A DNA stretch of 64,000 nt from Fischerella sp. PCC 9605 (GCF_000517105.1 NZ_KI912148.1:2418448-2482447); one strand, 5' to 3'. Positions 10,449-21,232 are shown, counted from the stretch's first letter. The notes: a model not told the origin generated them from the sequence alone. A program made the numbers and translations.

Positions 10449-10550
10449 TGAATAGTTGTTGGTTGTTTGTTGGTTGTTGTTTGTTATCTGTTCCAAACAA
10501 CCACCAACTACCAACCACCAACAAAATCCACTAACCACTATCCACTATCT
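10449..10550. repeat. Hairpin-forming heptamer array
   Basis: tagttgttggttgtttgttggttgttgtttgtt ... caaacaaccaccaactaccaaccaccaacaaaatccactaaccactatccactatc. Confidence 0.8.
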
Positions 10551-10994
10551 ACCCTCTTGTTTCGCTTTAAGAGCGTGTTGTTTAAACCGCTCCATGTCTG
10601 CTAGAAGTGTTGATTCTACTATCCGGCCTAAAAACAAATTATCCATGATTTTGCCAAGGATGCCAGGAATAGCGTAGCCAACAGTAAGCTTGACAATAGT
10701 ATTGGTATGGCGATCGTAAAAGCGGATGGCTCCTCGATTCGGCAAACCATCTATCGATTCCCATTGGATAATTTGGTTAGGAATAACTTTGAGAATGCGA
10801 GATTTCCACGTAAATTCAAAAGCACCAGATTTCAGCTTCCACACTGATAACTCTGGATTATCCTCAGGTACTTTTACCGAATCAATCCACTTCATCCAAC
10901 GGGGCATTTGCTCCAAATCAGACCAGAGACTCCATACTAAATCTATAGGAGCCTCTACCTCTACCTGCACGGTATGTTCTAACCAATCAGACAT
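10545..10994 (-). CDS. SRPBCC (START / polyketide cyclase-like) family protein
   Basis: MSDWLEHTVQVEVEAPIDLVWSLWSDLEQMPRWM is a typical SRPBCC N-terminus. I set the start at ATG 10994 because the ORF-track extension to 11084 only translates a heptamer array. Lies immediately 3' of crtQ. Confidence 0.65.
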   Translation of the reverse strand: MSDWLEHTVQVEVEAPIDLVWSLWSDLEQMPRWMKWIDSVKVPEDNPELSVWKLKSGAFEFTWKSRILKVIPNQIIQWESIDGLPNRGAIRFYDRHTNTIVKLTVGYAIPGILGKIMDNLFLGRIVESTLLADMERFKQHALKAKQEGR

Positions 10995-11080
10995 TCGATT
11001 TTGGATTTTAGATTTTGGATTGGAAATTGTTGGTTGTTGGTTGTTGGTCGTTGATTGTTCCAAACAACAAACAGCAGTCA

Positions 11081-12544
11081 TCAATCAACTCCTACCTCAT
11101 AGTCTGTTGTTTTCACGGTCTCTAAAATAACTTTTGCTGCACGCTTTCCTGAAACCGTCGCTCCCTCCATACTATCGATATAGTCCTGCTGCGTGTAACT
11201 CCCCGCTAGGAAGAAATTAGCTACTGGTGTTTGTTGACTGGGACGATAAATATCCATCCCTGGCGCTTCCCTATACAAAGATTGAGCCAGCTTAACCACA
11301 CTGTACCAGGTCATATTTAGTTCTCGCGATGAGGGAAACAACTCATGTACTTGTGCTAAAACATGCTGGGCAATTTCTTCATTGCTTTGTTTAATAAACG
11401 GATCTCCTGGTGTCAATACCAGCTGTAACAAAGACCCTTGTCCTTGGCGATAATAATCAGCAGGGCTAGTCAAAGCTAAATCGGCAAAGCAGGAAAAGTC
11501 AGCATCGGCAGTATATAACAAATTATCAATTCCTACTGCATGCTCCAGCTGTTTGCGGGCTTGGGCATCTCGAAGTTCTGTCACCCAACCATCAAACCGC
11601 AACTGTACTGTTGCCACTGGTACTGCATCTAATTTATAAATATTGTCAAATTCTGACCACTTGCGCCACTGTTGGGGTAAAAGACGCTGAATTCCCGGTA
11701 CATCACAAGCAGCTACGTAGGCATCAGCGGCGATCGTTTCTTCTATATCACCGTTAGCAACTAACATACCAGTGATGCGGGTTTGTTCTTCTTCCTCAGT
11801 AAACTGTATTTCCCGGACTCTGCGGCGGGTGTAGACTTTTGTACCCCTTGCTTCCAGATATTCCAGAATCGGCTTGTGCAGGTATTCGTAGGGTGAACCT
11901 TTGAGCATCCGCAGTTTCGATGCTTCTGTTCTGACTGCAAATAGCTGAAAGATTGTCAACATACAACGGGCGGAAATATTTTCGCAATCAATAAAACCTA
12001 AGGCGTAGGCAATCGGGTTCCACATCCGCTTAATACTCCCTTGGCTACCCCCATGACTGCGAAACCATTCGGCAAAACTGACTTTATCCAAGTCGCGGAT
12101 GTTTTGCATCGCACTATCAAAGTCTACTAAACCCCGTACGATTGGGCTTGTTGAGAGCGCTATTGCATTCTGCAACTTATCCCGCGGCGAGAGTTGGGAG
12201 GTAGTGAAAAATGCCTTTAGGCCGTTGAAAGGCGCACCCATTAAGAAACGAAAATCAAGCGCACCAGTAAATCCTCCTTTATTGATGAAGGTATGGATGT
12301 GTTCTTTAGGAAGCAGGTTTTCAAAAGCTCCCACCTTCTTCATCAATTCCAGCAGTTGATAATAGTTGCCAAAAAAGACGTGCAACCCCATTTCAATATG
12401 ATTGCCATTGCCATCTACCCAACTGCTAACTTTACCACCTACAAACGGACGAGACTCAAATATCTGGACTTCACAGCCAGCATCAGCTAAATCTACAGCG
12501 GTTGCTAGCCCAGCCAGTCCCGCACCTACGATTGCAACGCGCAT
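11081..12544 (-). CDS. crtQ: Zeta-carotene desaturase (CrtQ / ZDS)
   Basis: [59 protein letters not shown] matches the ZDS N-terminal FAD-binding region. I set the start at ATG 12544. Confidence 0.85.
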   Translation of the reverse strand: MRVAIVGAGLAGLATAVDLADAGCEVQIFESRPFVGGKVSSWVDGNGNHIEMGLHVFFGNYYQLLELMKKVGAFENLLPKEHIHTFINKGGFTGALDFRFLMGAPFNGLKAFFTTSQLSPRDKLQNAIALSTSPIVRGLVDFDSAMQNIRDLDKVSFAEWFRSHGGSQGSIKRMWNPIAYALGFIDCENISARCMLTIFQLFAVRTEASKLRMLKGSPYEYLHKPILEYLEARGTKVYTRRRVREIQFTEEEEQTRITGMLVANGDIEETIAADAYVAACDVPGIQRLLPQQWRKWSEFDNIYKLDAVPVATVQLRFDGWVTELRDAQARKQLEHAVGIDNLLYTADADFSCFADLALTSPADYYRQGQGSLLQLVLTPGDPFIKQSNEEIAQHVLAQVHELFPSSRELNMTWYSVVKLAQSLYREAPGMDIYRPSQQTPVANFFLAGSYTQQDYIDSMEGATVSGKRAAKVILETVKTTDYEVGVD

Positions 12545-12754
12545 TCCGTCCTTCCTTTTCAATTGCTTTACAAATTGTAACTGGGTTGGTGTCGGAATTT
12601 GCGAATTGTATTTGGTTAACAGTTAAGGGAGTAAAACGCACCCTTGCAAATCTGTACAAGAGTCAAATTAAGTAAAAGGTAAAAGGTGAAAATAAATTTT
12701 TACCCTCTTTCTTCTTCTTTTTTGTTTGTCTTGTTGACTTAATTGTCTCTCCTC

Positions 12755-12925
12755 CTATTTGTTTGCATCTTTTGTGTCTTCAGCTACGGGTAATCCTCGG
12801 ATGAGTTCCCGAATTACATCAGTTGCTGGTCTTCCAGTTTGCTGACAATACTTTTCCAGTTTTTCGGCCTCCTGTGCTGCTAAATTCACAGTAATACGTT
12901 TTACAGCCCATTTTTTATTAGTCAT
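12755..12925 (-). CDS. Ribbon-helix-helix (CopG/antitoxin-like) DNA-binding protein, 56 aa; not in the ORF track because it is under 60 aa
   Basis: Manual translation of the minus strand gives MTNKKWAVKRITVNLAAQEAEKLEKYCQQTGRPATDVIRELIRGLPVAEDTKDANK. This has the RHH pattern: a beta-strand (ITVNL) followed by two helices. Confidence 0.5.
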   Translation of the reverse strand: MTNKKWAVKRITVNLAAQEAEKLEKYCQQTGRPATDVIRELIRGLPVAEDTKDANK

Positions 12926-13260
12926 TTGATTATGCTATTTGCTGTATACCAACATCATCGAAGAAAAGAAGAAAATGTATGTGAGGATGAAAGAGATAAG
13001 AATATCAGAGTTTTTGTCAGGAAACAAGCAATGTCATGAGTATAAAAAAATTGGTTTGTTTAGACTGTTCTTCATTTTCTAATGAAATAGTAAAGATTGA
13101 AATGAATCGATAGTTGTTGTGACAGGAGCCATAGCGCACACTAATGAACTTTGCCAGAAGAAAAAACCAACTTGAGAAAGAATTTTATAAATTGAATACA
13201 GATGGTTGCTGCTAACTACATAACTATTTTTTCAAATCTGAGATCGGCAAGGGGATTTAC

Positions 13261-14427
13261 CTATCTCTCAAGCACAAGTTCACCAAATACTTTTGGAGAA
13301 AACATATGCCACAATACCTGCAAGTATGGTGTTAAGGTGTTAGCCTCTTTAGTGGTCAAATGCTGAGATATTTCCTGTTCTAGTAAGTGCAGCATGCAGC
13401 GAATTAGTTCCCACTGAACCTGCAATCTTGGGTAGAGCATCACACATAGTGGAAATAATTCTTGTTGGATAGCATTGATGCTTCCTTCTAAACTGCATAC
13501 CCACAGATAAACTTGAAACATCTCTACATCTCTAATGCTAGAAATTTGCACCCTTGGTTCCCTTAATAAACCTGAACCAGAGCGATAATTAGGATAAATT
13601 TCAATTATCTTTTGGCATATCTTATTGGCAATTTGTGTACTAATTGGCAAGAGTTTTTGTACTGCTGCCAAAGCAGGAGAATTATAATCATGTTCACCTG
13701 CTGCTTCGTAAGCACGTTGGAGTGGCATATACAGGTGGTCATCAATTACTTTCAAGTAACCACCAAGTGCGGTTTGCTCTAAAGGTGAAAGAGTTTGTAG
13801 CAAACCAAGACTTGTATAGTGAAATTGCATACTCACAAAGCCAATTACTCTCGGATCGGTTTGTGTGTATTTCTTCCGCAAAGTTCCCACATTTGTACTT
13901 ATTACTGTTGCTAGGTGAGTGGAAGCTGAAGAATCAGCTTCCATTTTTTGGACTTTTTCTGATTCTAACTCTCCCTGATAAGCAAGTTCTAATTGTGTAG
14001 ACAGCTTTTGCTTGAGTATCTGTTGGGTGTATAGATGCAAAACCTGTTCGTATATCCCAAAAGCGTCTGCTGTAATTTCCCAAGGATTAATTAACTTAGG
14101 GTCAATACGATGCCGTTTGACTTCCTCTGATAATAATGTTTCTGTTTTATTCCAAGCTTGCAGACTAACAGTACGAAGTGAAGCCATTAGCTTTTGTGCC
14201 GTTTTTTCTCGTCCCTCAACAGACACTATCTTTTTGAAGTTCAAATGATCTTGCTTATCTTCGTACAAGGAATTAAACTCTATCGTCTGTAAATACTTTT
14301 TAGCCCATTGTTGCGCTAAATAGGGTACAGTATATTTTTTTTTACCTTCGACGAAATGGTTTAAATTAATACCTGACTTATCATCCATCTCCATTATTAT
14401 TATTTTTGTGCTTAGAAGTACAAACAC
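13261..14427 (-). CDS. Hypothetical protein, 388 aa, predicted mostly alpha-helical; no recognisable family; low-GC gene
   Basis: Long ORF in a markedly AT-rich block (about 12930-15000) whose composition differs from the flanking genes. Confidence 0.5.
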   Translation of the reverse strand: MFVLLSTKIIIMEMDDKSGINLNHFVEGKKKYTVPYLAQQWAKKYLQTIEFNSLYEDKQDHLNFKKIVSVEGREKTAQKLMASLRTVSLQAWNKTETLLSEEVKRHRIDPKLINPWEITADAFGIYEQVLHLYTQQILKQKLSTQLELAYQGELESEKVQKMEADSSASTHLATVISTNVGTLRKKYTQTDPRVIGFVSMQFHYTSLGLLQTLSPLEQTALGGYLKVIDDHLYMPLQRAYEAAGEHDYNSPALAAVQKLLPISTQIANKICQKIIEIYPNYRSGSGLLREPRVQISSIRDVEMFQVYLWVCSLEGSINAIQQELFPLCVMLYPRLQVQWELIRCMLHLLEQEISQHLTTKEANTLTPYLQVLWHMFSPKVFGELVLER

Positions 14428-15354
14428 CCTGTATACAGATGTTTAAATTGTATATGTTTTTCTCTTCATTTGTATGACTTTAATTAATCTTCAAGCGAAT
14501 TTATACTTATTTTTTTATTTGTGTTTTTATGGAAATCTTAAAAAGAAATAATAAAAAATACATGAAAGTTTAAAAATAATGAAAAGCAACAATCTCTTGA
14601 CAAAGTTGGTTGTATAAAAGTCAAGAAATAACTAATAAAGCAAAGGCATCATAATTATTGTTGATCTAACAACAGTTAGACATGATAATAGTCAGATTTT
14701 ATGCTTTGCCTTCATATCTTCATCCACTGATATAATTACTGTCAGCATAGATTTAATATATAGTTTTCATAAAAGATTAATAAATTATAGTTTTCAAAGT
14801 CAAAAAAAGTAAAAAATATGAATAGCTTGCCATACTAACCTTATAGATTCATAAAATATGCATATTAAAATAAAAGTAGTTTAAAATGATTAGAGTAAAT
14901 ATTAAAAAATTACTAGGCTTGATTTATAAATATTTAACTTTGAATTTTAAAATCTTTAATTTGTATAGCAATCCTATTTAATTTGTGAAAATTGAGGATC
15001 TCAGAACCCCGGTTTCTTTTAGAAGCTGGGGTTAATTCTCATACTAGGTTGCAGTCAAAGATAGTACTTCTCCTCTCCCAGATTGGGAGAGGGGAGGGGG
15101 AGAGGGCACGAATTGCTATTCTGAACACAACTTGGTATCATTACCAGTTCAACCTGGTAACGAGGGTGGTGGGCTGCTGTCTCCGAGCTGTTGCATAGGC
15201 GTGCAAGATGTGAAGCTCTTAGCGTTGCACCTGTCCCAAGCAATCGCAGTTTCCTTGTCGCTAAGCATTAAACGTACTCTCGGTTGGCTTGGACGCTACC
15301 ACCGACTCAGCAAGGACTATGAGTATTTGCCCGTAACTATCTACTGATACGAAG

Positions 15355-15480
15355 TTGCGTTCAGTCGTGAAGACTGATGGGGTGATGGGGTGAACCGCTT
15401 CGCGGAATTCAAAATTCAAAATTCAAAAATTTTGACTTTATGAATGCGTGAATGCGTGACTTTTCATCTCCTCACCTCCC
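15355..15480. repeat. Heptamer arrays (GATGGGGT x2, AATTCAA x3, GAATGCGT x2, CCTCACCTCCCCAC)
   Basis: Direct reading. Related AAGTCAA arrays lie at 28945-28985, 56025-56060 and 60470-60510. Confidence 0.7.
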
Positions 15481-15703
15481 CACATTCGAGACTTACTATC
15501 TTTGATTGCAACTCGGTATGAGCAATGCTACGCAACTTGCTTCGTCGATTGGCATAAACTTTCACTTCTCAGACGTTCTCTGAGGATATGAATGAGTATT
15601 AAAAACTATAAGTACACACTGTTAAACAGTTATATTTGCAAATAATATAAACTCTGTAGGAGGATGCCCACAGAGGGTGTATGCTAAGCGATCGCACAAA
15701 ATA

Positions 15704-17353
15704 TTATTCAAATTGCAGTTGGGGCATCAGTTGGAGAGTACCGATGCCTAAATCTTTGGGCGAAAGCGATCGCGCTTCAAATAAAGCCATCATATCTCGT
15801 AACTGAGGGTTGCCACGGGCAGCACCGGTGAGTCCTTTGGCGATGATTAAACCGCAGTAGCCTTTGGTATTTTTACAGCGCTGGTTCCATTTTTTCCGCG
15901 CTTCGACGTGAATGGGGTCATCATCTAAGAACTCACCGAAGAGGAACAACTCACCATTTTGAGTTTGCAGTAAACCGAGGTCGTAGCGATCGCCACCAAA
16001 AGGATCGGAACCAGGGTTAAAGCAAATGGCTTTGAGTCCTCCTGCTTGTTCAATATTTTCAATCACAGTCTTAGCTTTGGGACGGGATGTTTGAATTAAG
16101 ATCACGGGCAAACCGTCACCTACTGGTTGAATTTCCCCAGCTTTATGGTAATTGACTCCTTGGTGTAGGTACTCTAGCATCTCCCAAGACACTACACCCA
16201 AGCTGAGGAAAGAGTCTTCTGGTATCAAGTCATCTCGCAACGATCGGAAAGTTGGCATTGTGACCGAGCCAGTTTCGTCTTCCTCATCGACATCATAGCC
16301 CGCCATTTCCTCTAATTCTGCTGTCAACTGCGGTGTACTAGAGACAGTCACAGACACCGATTTGACTTGTTCGTCGCGAGACTCAGGTAGTGAAATACGG
16401 TAGCGACGGCTGAGGGCAGGAAAATTGCCGCTACCTAACTGACGACGGTGATCTCGGATAAAACGGCAAAGGCTTTCGAGAGCAACATATACTATCAGTG
16501 CCTCTTCATCATACAAAACCGATCGCAGTCCCTCTAGAGGATGAATGTTGCCGAAGGTGGGTTGAATTTCTGACAATGGCAAATCGGCCAAATCATCAAA
16601 TTCTTTTTCATCTTCGTCGGTTTCGTCGGCATGTTCAAAAGTTAAAAACAGGCAATCTTGCTTCAGGAAAGCTTCTTCTAAATGTCCTTGTGATTCGTCT
16701 TCTCTTAAAATTGTGGCGCGAAACTGCTTAAGGGATTCTTCGGAACGATACAACAAGACTCCATACTCCATCCCCAGCATCCCCATCATCGAGGCATAGA
16801 CTGTACCTACATCCCACTTGTTAATCTCTATTGACAAGATTTGCTGTTCTTCCAACAATTCCCAAGGTGCTGCCTGCCAAATTGCAAATGCCTTATCTCG
16901 CAGGGCATGTGCATACTGTGGAGGTAATTCGGGAACCTGACTGTCGAGAATTTCGGCAAACCCACGAAACAGTTCATCAATTAAAGGCAATTCGGGCGAG
17001 TAGTCAATCGCAATATCCAAATCTTGAAGGACGCCGCGCAAGTAAAATTGTATTTCGCGGTCTCTCACCACAATTCTTTGAGGACGGGCAGGTTTGGCAG
17101 GACTATGGGGATTCTCCATCGATCGCATCAAAGTCCGAACAATTGCCTCGGGGCCACTTTCTGGGGGTACTACATCCATTCCCCGGACGATGCCTTGTGT
17201 ACCATCTACCCAAAGAATACATTCGCCCTTGGCCTCAGAGTCTGGGTGCTGGGTTTGTGATGATGACAATGGACGGCGATCGCCCTCCCATACAGAAGGA
17301 ATTTGAGTTAATTTCCGCAAACGACGGCTGGTAGAGCGATTAAAACTTGTCAT
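15704..17353 (-). CDS. Conserved hypothetical acidic protein, 549 aa
   Basis: Long ORF with ordinary codon usage for this window. I recognise no domains. Confidence 0.6.
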   Translation of the reverse strand: MTSFNRSTSRRLRKLTQIPSVWEGDRRPLSSSQTQHPDSEAKGECILWVDGTQGIVRGMDVVPPESGPEAIVRTLMRSMENPHSPAKPARPQRIVVRDREIQFYLRGVLQDLDIAIDYSPELPLIDELFRGFAEILDSQVPELPPQYAHALRDKAFAIWQAAPWELLEEQQILSIEINKWDVGTVYASMMGMLGMEYGVLLYRSEESLKQFRATILREDESQGHLEEAFLKQDCLFLTFEHADETDEDEKEFDDLADLPLSEIQPTFGNIHPLEGLRSVLYDEEALIVYVALESLCRFIRDHRRQLGSGNFPALSRRYRISLPESRDEQVKSVSVTVSSTPQLTAELEEMAGYDVDEEDETGSVTMPTFRSLRDDLIPEDSFLSLGVVSWEMLEYLHQGVNYHKAGEIQPVGDGLPVILIQTSRPKAKTVIENIEQAGGLKAICFNPGSDPFGGDRYDLGLLQTQNGELFLFGEFLDDDPIHVEARKKWNQRCKNTKGYCGLIIAKGLTGAARGNPQLRDMMALFEARSLSPKDLGIGTLQLMPQLQFE

Positions 17354-17739
17354 AGAGTAAGTGAATCAAAACAAGCGATTTGAAAGTACACTTTTGGGTC
17401 AGGGCTAGCCTCCGATAAAACTCCCTTGAGTATTCATTGAAGGGTGGTTGTGGCTGTGGGCTGCCAAAGGCTGAAATTCCAAAAATACGGAATCTCTAAA
17501 CACATTGAATCTCTCAATTCTAGAATAAAAATCTTTGCGTGCTTTTGACGGACTATTTACAATTGGCAACTTCGGACATCAATCTCGCTAAAATGAATAG
17601 AAAAACCTTTGTCCAGACGCTTTAATAGAAGCGTCTCCACAATTTTCGGAGCAACCTGCGGACGAAGCCTTTAGGTTAAAAGTTCCTGGCTTCCTCTTAT
17701 TAGGGTAATCGAAAACCATATAAGGAGTTGAAAAAGCAC

Positions 17740-18099
17740 ATGACACAAGCAACTCAGTCTTCACAACGAGGAATTCAGTTGAGTGAATCAGCATTGCGGC
17801 AAGTGAAATTTTTGCAGTCAAGGCAAGGCGGCAAAGACTTATGCTTGCGGGTGGGAGTGCGTCAAGGTGGTTGTTCTGGAATGTCTTACCTGATGGACTT
17901 TGAAGACCCGAGTAAGATTACTTCCGGGGACGAAGTTTTTGATTATGACGGCTTCAAAATTGTTTGCGATCGCAAAAGTTTATTATATCTCTATGGCTTA
18001 ATGCTTGATTATAGCGATGCCATGATTGGTGGTGGCTTCCAATTCACCAACCCCAACGCCGCCCAAACTTGTGGTTGCGGTAAGTCATTTGGAGTGTAA
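17740..18099 (+). CDS. Iron-sulfur cluster insertion protein, HesB/IscA/ErpA family
   Basis: GGCSGMSY ... and the C-terminal CGCGKSF motif with the three conserved Cys. Confidence 0.8.
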   Translation: MTQATQSSQRGIQLSESALRQVKFLQSRQGGKDLCLRVGVRQGGCSGMSYLMDFEDPSKITSGDEVFDYDGFKIVCDRKSLLYLYGLMLDYSDAMIGGGFQFTNPNAAQTCGCGKSFGV

Positions 18100-18180
18100 T
18101 ATAATCATTTGTCCTTTGTCATTTGTCATTTGACGAAGGACTAATGACTAATGACCAATGACTAATGACCAATGACTAAT
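18100..18180. repeat. AATGACT/AGTCATT heptamer hairpin array
   Basis: tcatttgtcctttgtcatttgtcatttgacgaaggactaatgactaatgaccaatgactaatgaccaatgactaat. Confidence 0.8.
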
Positions 18181-18594
18181 ACAGTTGAATCCCTGTTTGA
18201 CACAGGCTTAGAACGCTATAAAGCGGGAGAATCAGCTGATGCTTTGATTCCCGTGTTTAAAGAAATTTGCGATCGCGCTCCTAAAAGTAGTGCTGCTTGG
18301 ACTTGTTTAGCGTGGTTGTATTTGTTAGATGACAAACCCAACCCCGCTTTCAAAGCTGCACAAAAAGCAGTAAAGTTAAATCCGCAAGATCCACAAGCAA
18401 GGCTCAATCTTGCCATTGCTATGTTGGAGACTGGCCAAAAAGGTTTGCGTCAACACGTTGATGCAGCCAATCAATTAATGATAGTCAGCCCAGAATTGCG
18501 AGAGGAAATCAGAAGTAGTATTGAAGACGGTTTTAGCAGAAAACCAGATTGGCAGAGTTTGGCGAAGGTTCAAACTTGGCTATTTGAAGAGTAA
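18172..18594 (+). CDS. TPR-like repeat protein
   Basis: WTCLAWLYLLDDKPNPAFKAAQKAVKLNPQDPQARLNLAIAM forms TPR-like helical pairs. Confidence 0.5.
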   Translation: MTNTVESLFDTGLERYKAGESADALIPVFKEICDRAPKSSAAWTCLAWLYLLDDKPNPAFKAAQKAVKLNPQDPQARLNLAIAMLETGQKGLRQHVDAANQLMIVSPELREEIRSSIEDGFSRKPDWQSLAKVQTWLFEE

Positions 18595-18595
18595 C

Positions 18596-18725
18596 AAGGG
18601 AAATTGTTGGTTGTTGTTTGGAACTAACAACCCTTCGGGTTCGCCAGTCGCTCATGGGGGGAACCCCCTGTTCTGCGCGCTGGCTCACCACCAACAAACA
18701 ACAAACAACTAACAACTAACAACCC
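18596..18725. repeat. Heptamer hairpin array carrying an inverted copy of the GTGAGCCAGCGCG...GGGGGTTCCCCCCATGAGCGACTG element
   Basis: 18635-18695 gggttcgccagtcgctcatggggggaaccccctgttctgcgcgctggctcacc is the reverse complement of the 40207-40265 copy. Confidence 0.8.
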
Positions 18726-18743
18726 TGATTTTCTATTGAAATT

Positions 18744-18986
18744 ATGAAAGAAAAATTTTTGAATTGGCTAAACCTAGTTTTGGTAGTTGATGTATTCCTG
18801 GTTTTACTTGGCTTTGGCTGGTTGGCGATCGCAGTTATTGGTAAGGCATCAGGAGTACCGTTAGGCTTGGATTTGTGGTACAAACTGTGGCAACCCGTAT
18901 TTAACCCAGCTATTGGTATCCTTATGGCTGGTGCGCTTCTCAGCGGTATCATCAATTGGATTTCACGAAAATTTCAGTCTAATTAA
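18744..18986 (+). CDS. Small membrane protein (two TM helices), hypothetical
   Basis: An 80 aa ORF with two hydrophobic helices. Confidence 0.4.
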   Translation: MKEKFLNWLNLVLVVDVFLVLLGFGWLAIAVIGKASGVPLGLDLWYKLWQPVFNPAIGILMAGALLSGIINWISRKFQSN

Positions 18987-19052
18987 TAGCGTTGTTGTTT
19001 GTTGGTTGATGGTGGGTTTTTCCAACCAACAAACAACAAACAACAACCAACA

Positions 19053-19973
19053 TCACTTCAAAATTTGCTCTAAGGCAGGCTGTAAATTAGGATACTTAAA
19101 TTCAAAGCCACTTTCTATAGTGCGCTTGGGGAGAACCTGTTGACCTTCTAAAACTACTACTGCCCCATCCCCCAAAAGCGCTTCAATCGCAAAACCTGGA
19201 ACTGGCAACCAAGAAGGACGATGCATTACTTTCCCCATTGTGTTGGATAATTCTGACATACGCACAGGCTGAGGAGTAGTAGCGTTATATACACCTGACA
19301 TTTGCGGTTGAGTTAAGGCTTGTAGAATCAGGTTAACTAAATCATCTATATGTATCCATGAGAACCATTGTCTACCGCTACCAATAGGGCCACCAGCAAA
19401 GAGTTTGAAGGGGGTAATCATTTTACCCAAAGCACCACCCAAGCCCAAAACAATACCAAATCGCAAAATCACAAGCCTGACACCAGCATCCGTGACTTTT
19501 TGGGCTTCTGCTTCCCAAGCTTGGCAGACTTGGGCGAGAAAATCGTTACCTGCTGAGCTAGTTTCATCAAAAGCAGCAGTTTCACTAGTGCCGTAGTAAC
19601 CAATCGCTGAAGCATTGACTAAAACACTGGGTTTGGGGTTAGCGTTGACTATTGCTTCTACGATTTTTTGAGTACTGAGTTTGCGGCTGTTGAGAATTTC
19701 CTGCTTGCGTTCTGGTGTCCAGCGTCCCTCGCCGATGGGTTCGCCTGCGAGATTTACTACACCATCACAAGTAGCGATCGCTTCTTGCCATGCACCAGAC
19801 ACAGTCGGTGTATAGGCAACTATTTCTACATTTGGGAAAGCTTGCTTTGGGAAAACCTTTTGAGCATGGGCGGTATTACGAGTTAACACTAGCACTCTAT
19901 GACCTTCTTTGTGGAGTCGTTCTACCAAGCGACTACCGACAAATCCTGTGGCTCCACTTACTGCAATTTTCAT
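19053..19973 (-). CDS. TIGR01777 (YfcH-like) NAD-dependent epimerase/dehydratase family protein with a DUF1731 C-terminus
   Basis: MKIAVSGATGFVGSRLV Rossmann motif, and a C-terminal motif ...GFEFKYP... typical of YfcH. Confidence 0.8.
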   Translation of the reverse strand: MKIAVSGATGFVGSRLVERLHKEGHRVLVLTRNTAHAQKVFPKQAFPNVEIVAYTPTVSGAWQEAIATCDGVVNLAGEPIGEGRWTPERKQEILNSRKLSTQKIVEAIVNANPKPSVLVNASAIGYYGTSETAAFDETSSAGNDFLAQVCQAWEAEAQKVTDAGVRLVILRFGIVLGLGGALGKMITPFKLFAGGPIGSGRQWFSWIHIDDLVNLILQALTQPQMSGVYNATTPQPVRMSELSNTMGKVMHRPSWLPVPGFAIEALLGDGAVVVLEGQQVLPKRTIESGFEFKYPNLQPALEQILK

Positions 19974-20202
19974 GATTTAACCTCCGCCAAACCCGATTTT
20001 AAAGTTTTTATCTCAACTGAAAAGAAGGAAGAAGTATAAAGTGTTAAGTATTGAGCCTAAACAATTTTCATGCTTGTGTTGTAAGTACACCAGAACACAT
20101 GAAAATTTATCTGCCTTCTTCCTTAATGAATCTATAATGATTTGCGTTTGAGATGCTTCGATATTATAGGATGGACTGAGTGTTACAAGGCTTGGGGCTA
20201 TT

Positions 20203-20550
20203 ATGGCTCGCTATACCTGTTCATTTATCCTTTCTATTCCTATTCACCATCTCCAGCCATTACTTATAGAACTTCTGCAAGACTGTAACTTGGTTGTGCA
20301 GTACTATACATTGGATTACATTTTGGCGCGTGAAATCCCCGGTACTGTTTCTTTATCAAAGATGGTGACGACAGAAGTACTGATTGATAAAAGTACAGCT
20401 ACTGAAACAGAGACTCGAATGACCATTGTGGTTAAAAACGAGGAACTGCCACTAAAACTAGAGAATTACTGTCGGCAGATGTTTGAATACATTAAGCAGG
20501 CGATCGAAGAAAGCCGTAATTGGCATTTGATTGAAAGCTTTGCGGGATAG
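20203..20550 (+). CDS. Hypothetical protein (115 aa)
   Basis: ORF only. Confidence 0.4.
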   Translation: MARYTCSFILSIPIHHLQPLLIELLQDCNLVVQYYTLDYILAREIPGTVSLSKMVTTEVLIDKSTATETETRMTIVVKNEELPLKLENYCRQMFEYIKQAIEESRNWHLIESFAG

Positions 20551-20674
20551 CTTACAGATGCTTATGGCAAAGGCCTCTGCTTAAGCTAGCTTAAAACTAA
20601 GCTAGCTTAGAGCAAAACGCCTGTGAAAAAAATATGTGCAGGTTGGCGATCAAACATACCTACATCGACAGTAT

Positions 20675-21232
20675 TCAGTCTTCGATATCCTCGGTCATGC
20701 CGGGGTTAATGAGTGTAATATCATACTCACTAGCATCCGTTTGACCTGGTGGTATTGTTTCACGCTTTAACAGGTAATAAATAGCACGTACTTGAGGACC
20801 AAAAACAATTTCGTCTTCGTTCTTCAGGTCATGAGCTGCTATCTTGCGCCCGTTAATCATTAAACCATTGGAACTAGGCTTTCCTTTGGCATCGCCATCG
20901 ACAATTCGATAATAATAGCGATCGTTGCCATTATCGTTTCGGGGCAACCTAACTAACGTAGCGTGGCGGCGCGAGACAAATTGCGAAACCAAACGGATAT
21001 CACACTCCCGATCTCGACCGATGGAATAGAGGGGACGTTCTAGAGTAAATTCTTTACGTCCTTGATCGTCTTCTACGATCAGTATATGGCTTTCATGGGT
21101 TTCTACTGCCATTGACAAATCGCTGCTACAATCGCTTGAACTGTTATTAATCAAGATTTGTTTAGATCTGTTTTCTGCCATTATTTCAACCAGAGTCTGT
21201 AGTAGTGCATAGCGATAGCGAGAGTAGAACAA
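20675..21232 (-). CDS. FHA domain-containing protein
   Basis: YSIGRDRECDIRL....VSRRHATL ... NGLMINGRKI is a canonical FHA signature. The start may instead be the internal Met (MAENRSK) at 21181. Confidence 0.75.
   Translation of the reverse strand: MFYSRYRYALLQTLVEIMAENRSKQILINNSSSDCSSDLSMAVETHESHILIVEDDQGRKEFTLERPLYSIGRDRECDIRLVSQFVSRRHATLVRLPRNDNGNDRYYYRIVDGDAKGKPSSNGLMINGRKIAAHDLKNEDEIVFGPQVRAIYYLLKRETIPPGQTDASEYDITLINPGMTEDIED

Noticed and set aside
10994-11084. N-terminal 30 residues of the SRPBCC ORF ([30 protein letters not shown])
   Set aside because: This is simply the translation of a GTTGTTTGTTGG / GATTTTGG repeat array. The conserved START-fold N-terminus begins at the downstream Met.
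15055-15120. Hairpin CTCCTCTCCCAGATTGGGAGAGGGGAGGGGGAGAGGG considered as a regulatory element
   Set aside because: It could equally be another low-complexity repeat, since related GGGAGAG motifs occur inside the ATPase gene. There is no adjacent gene start to regulate.
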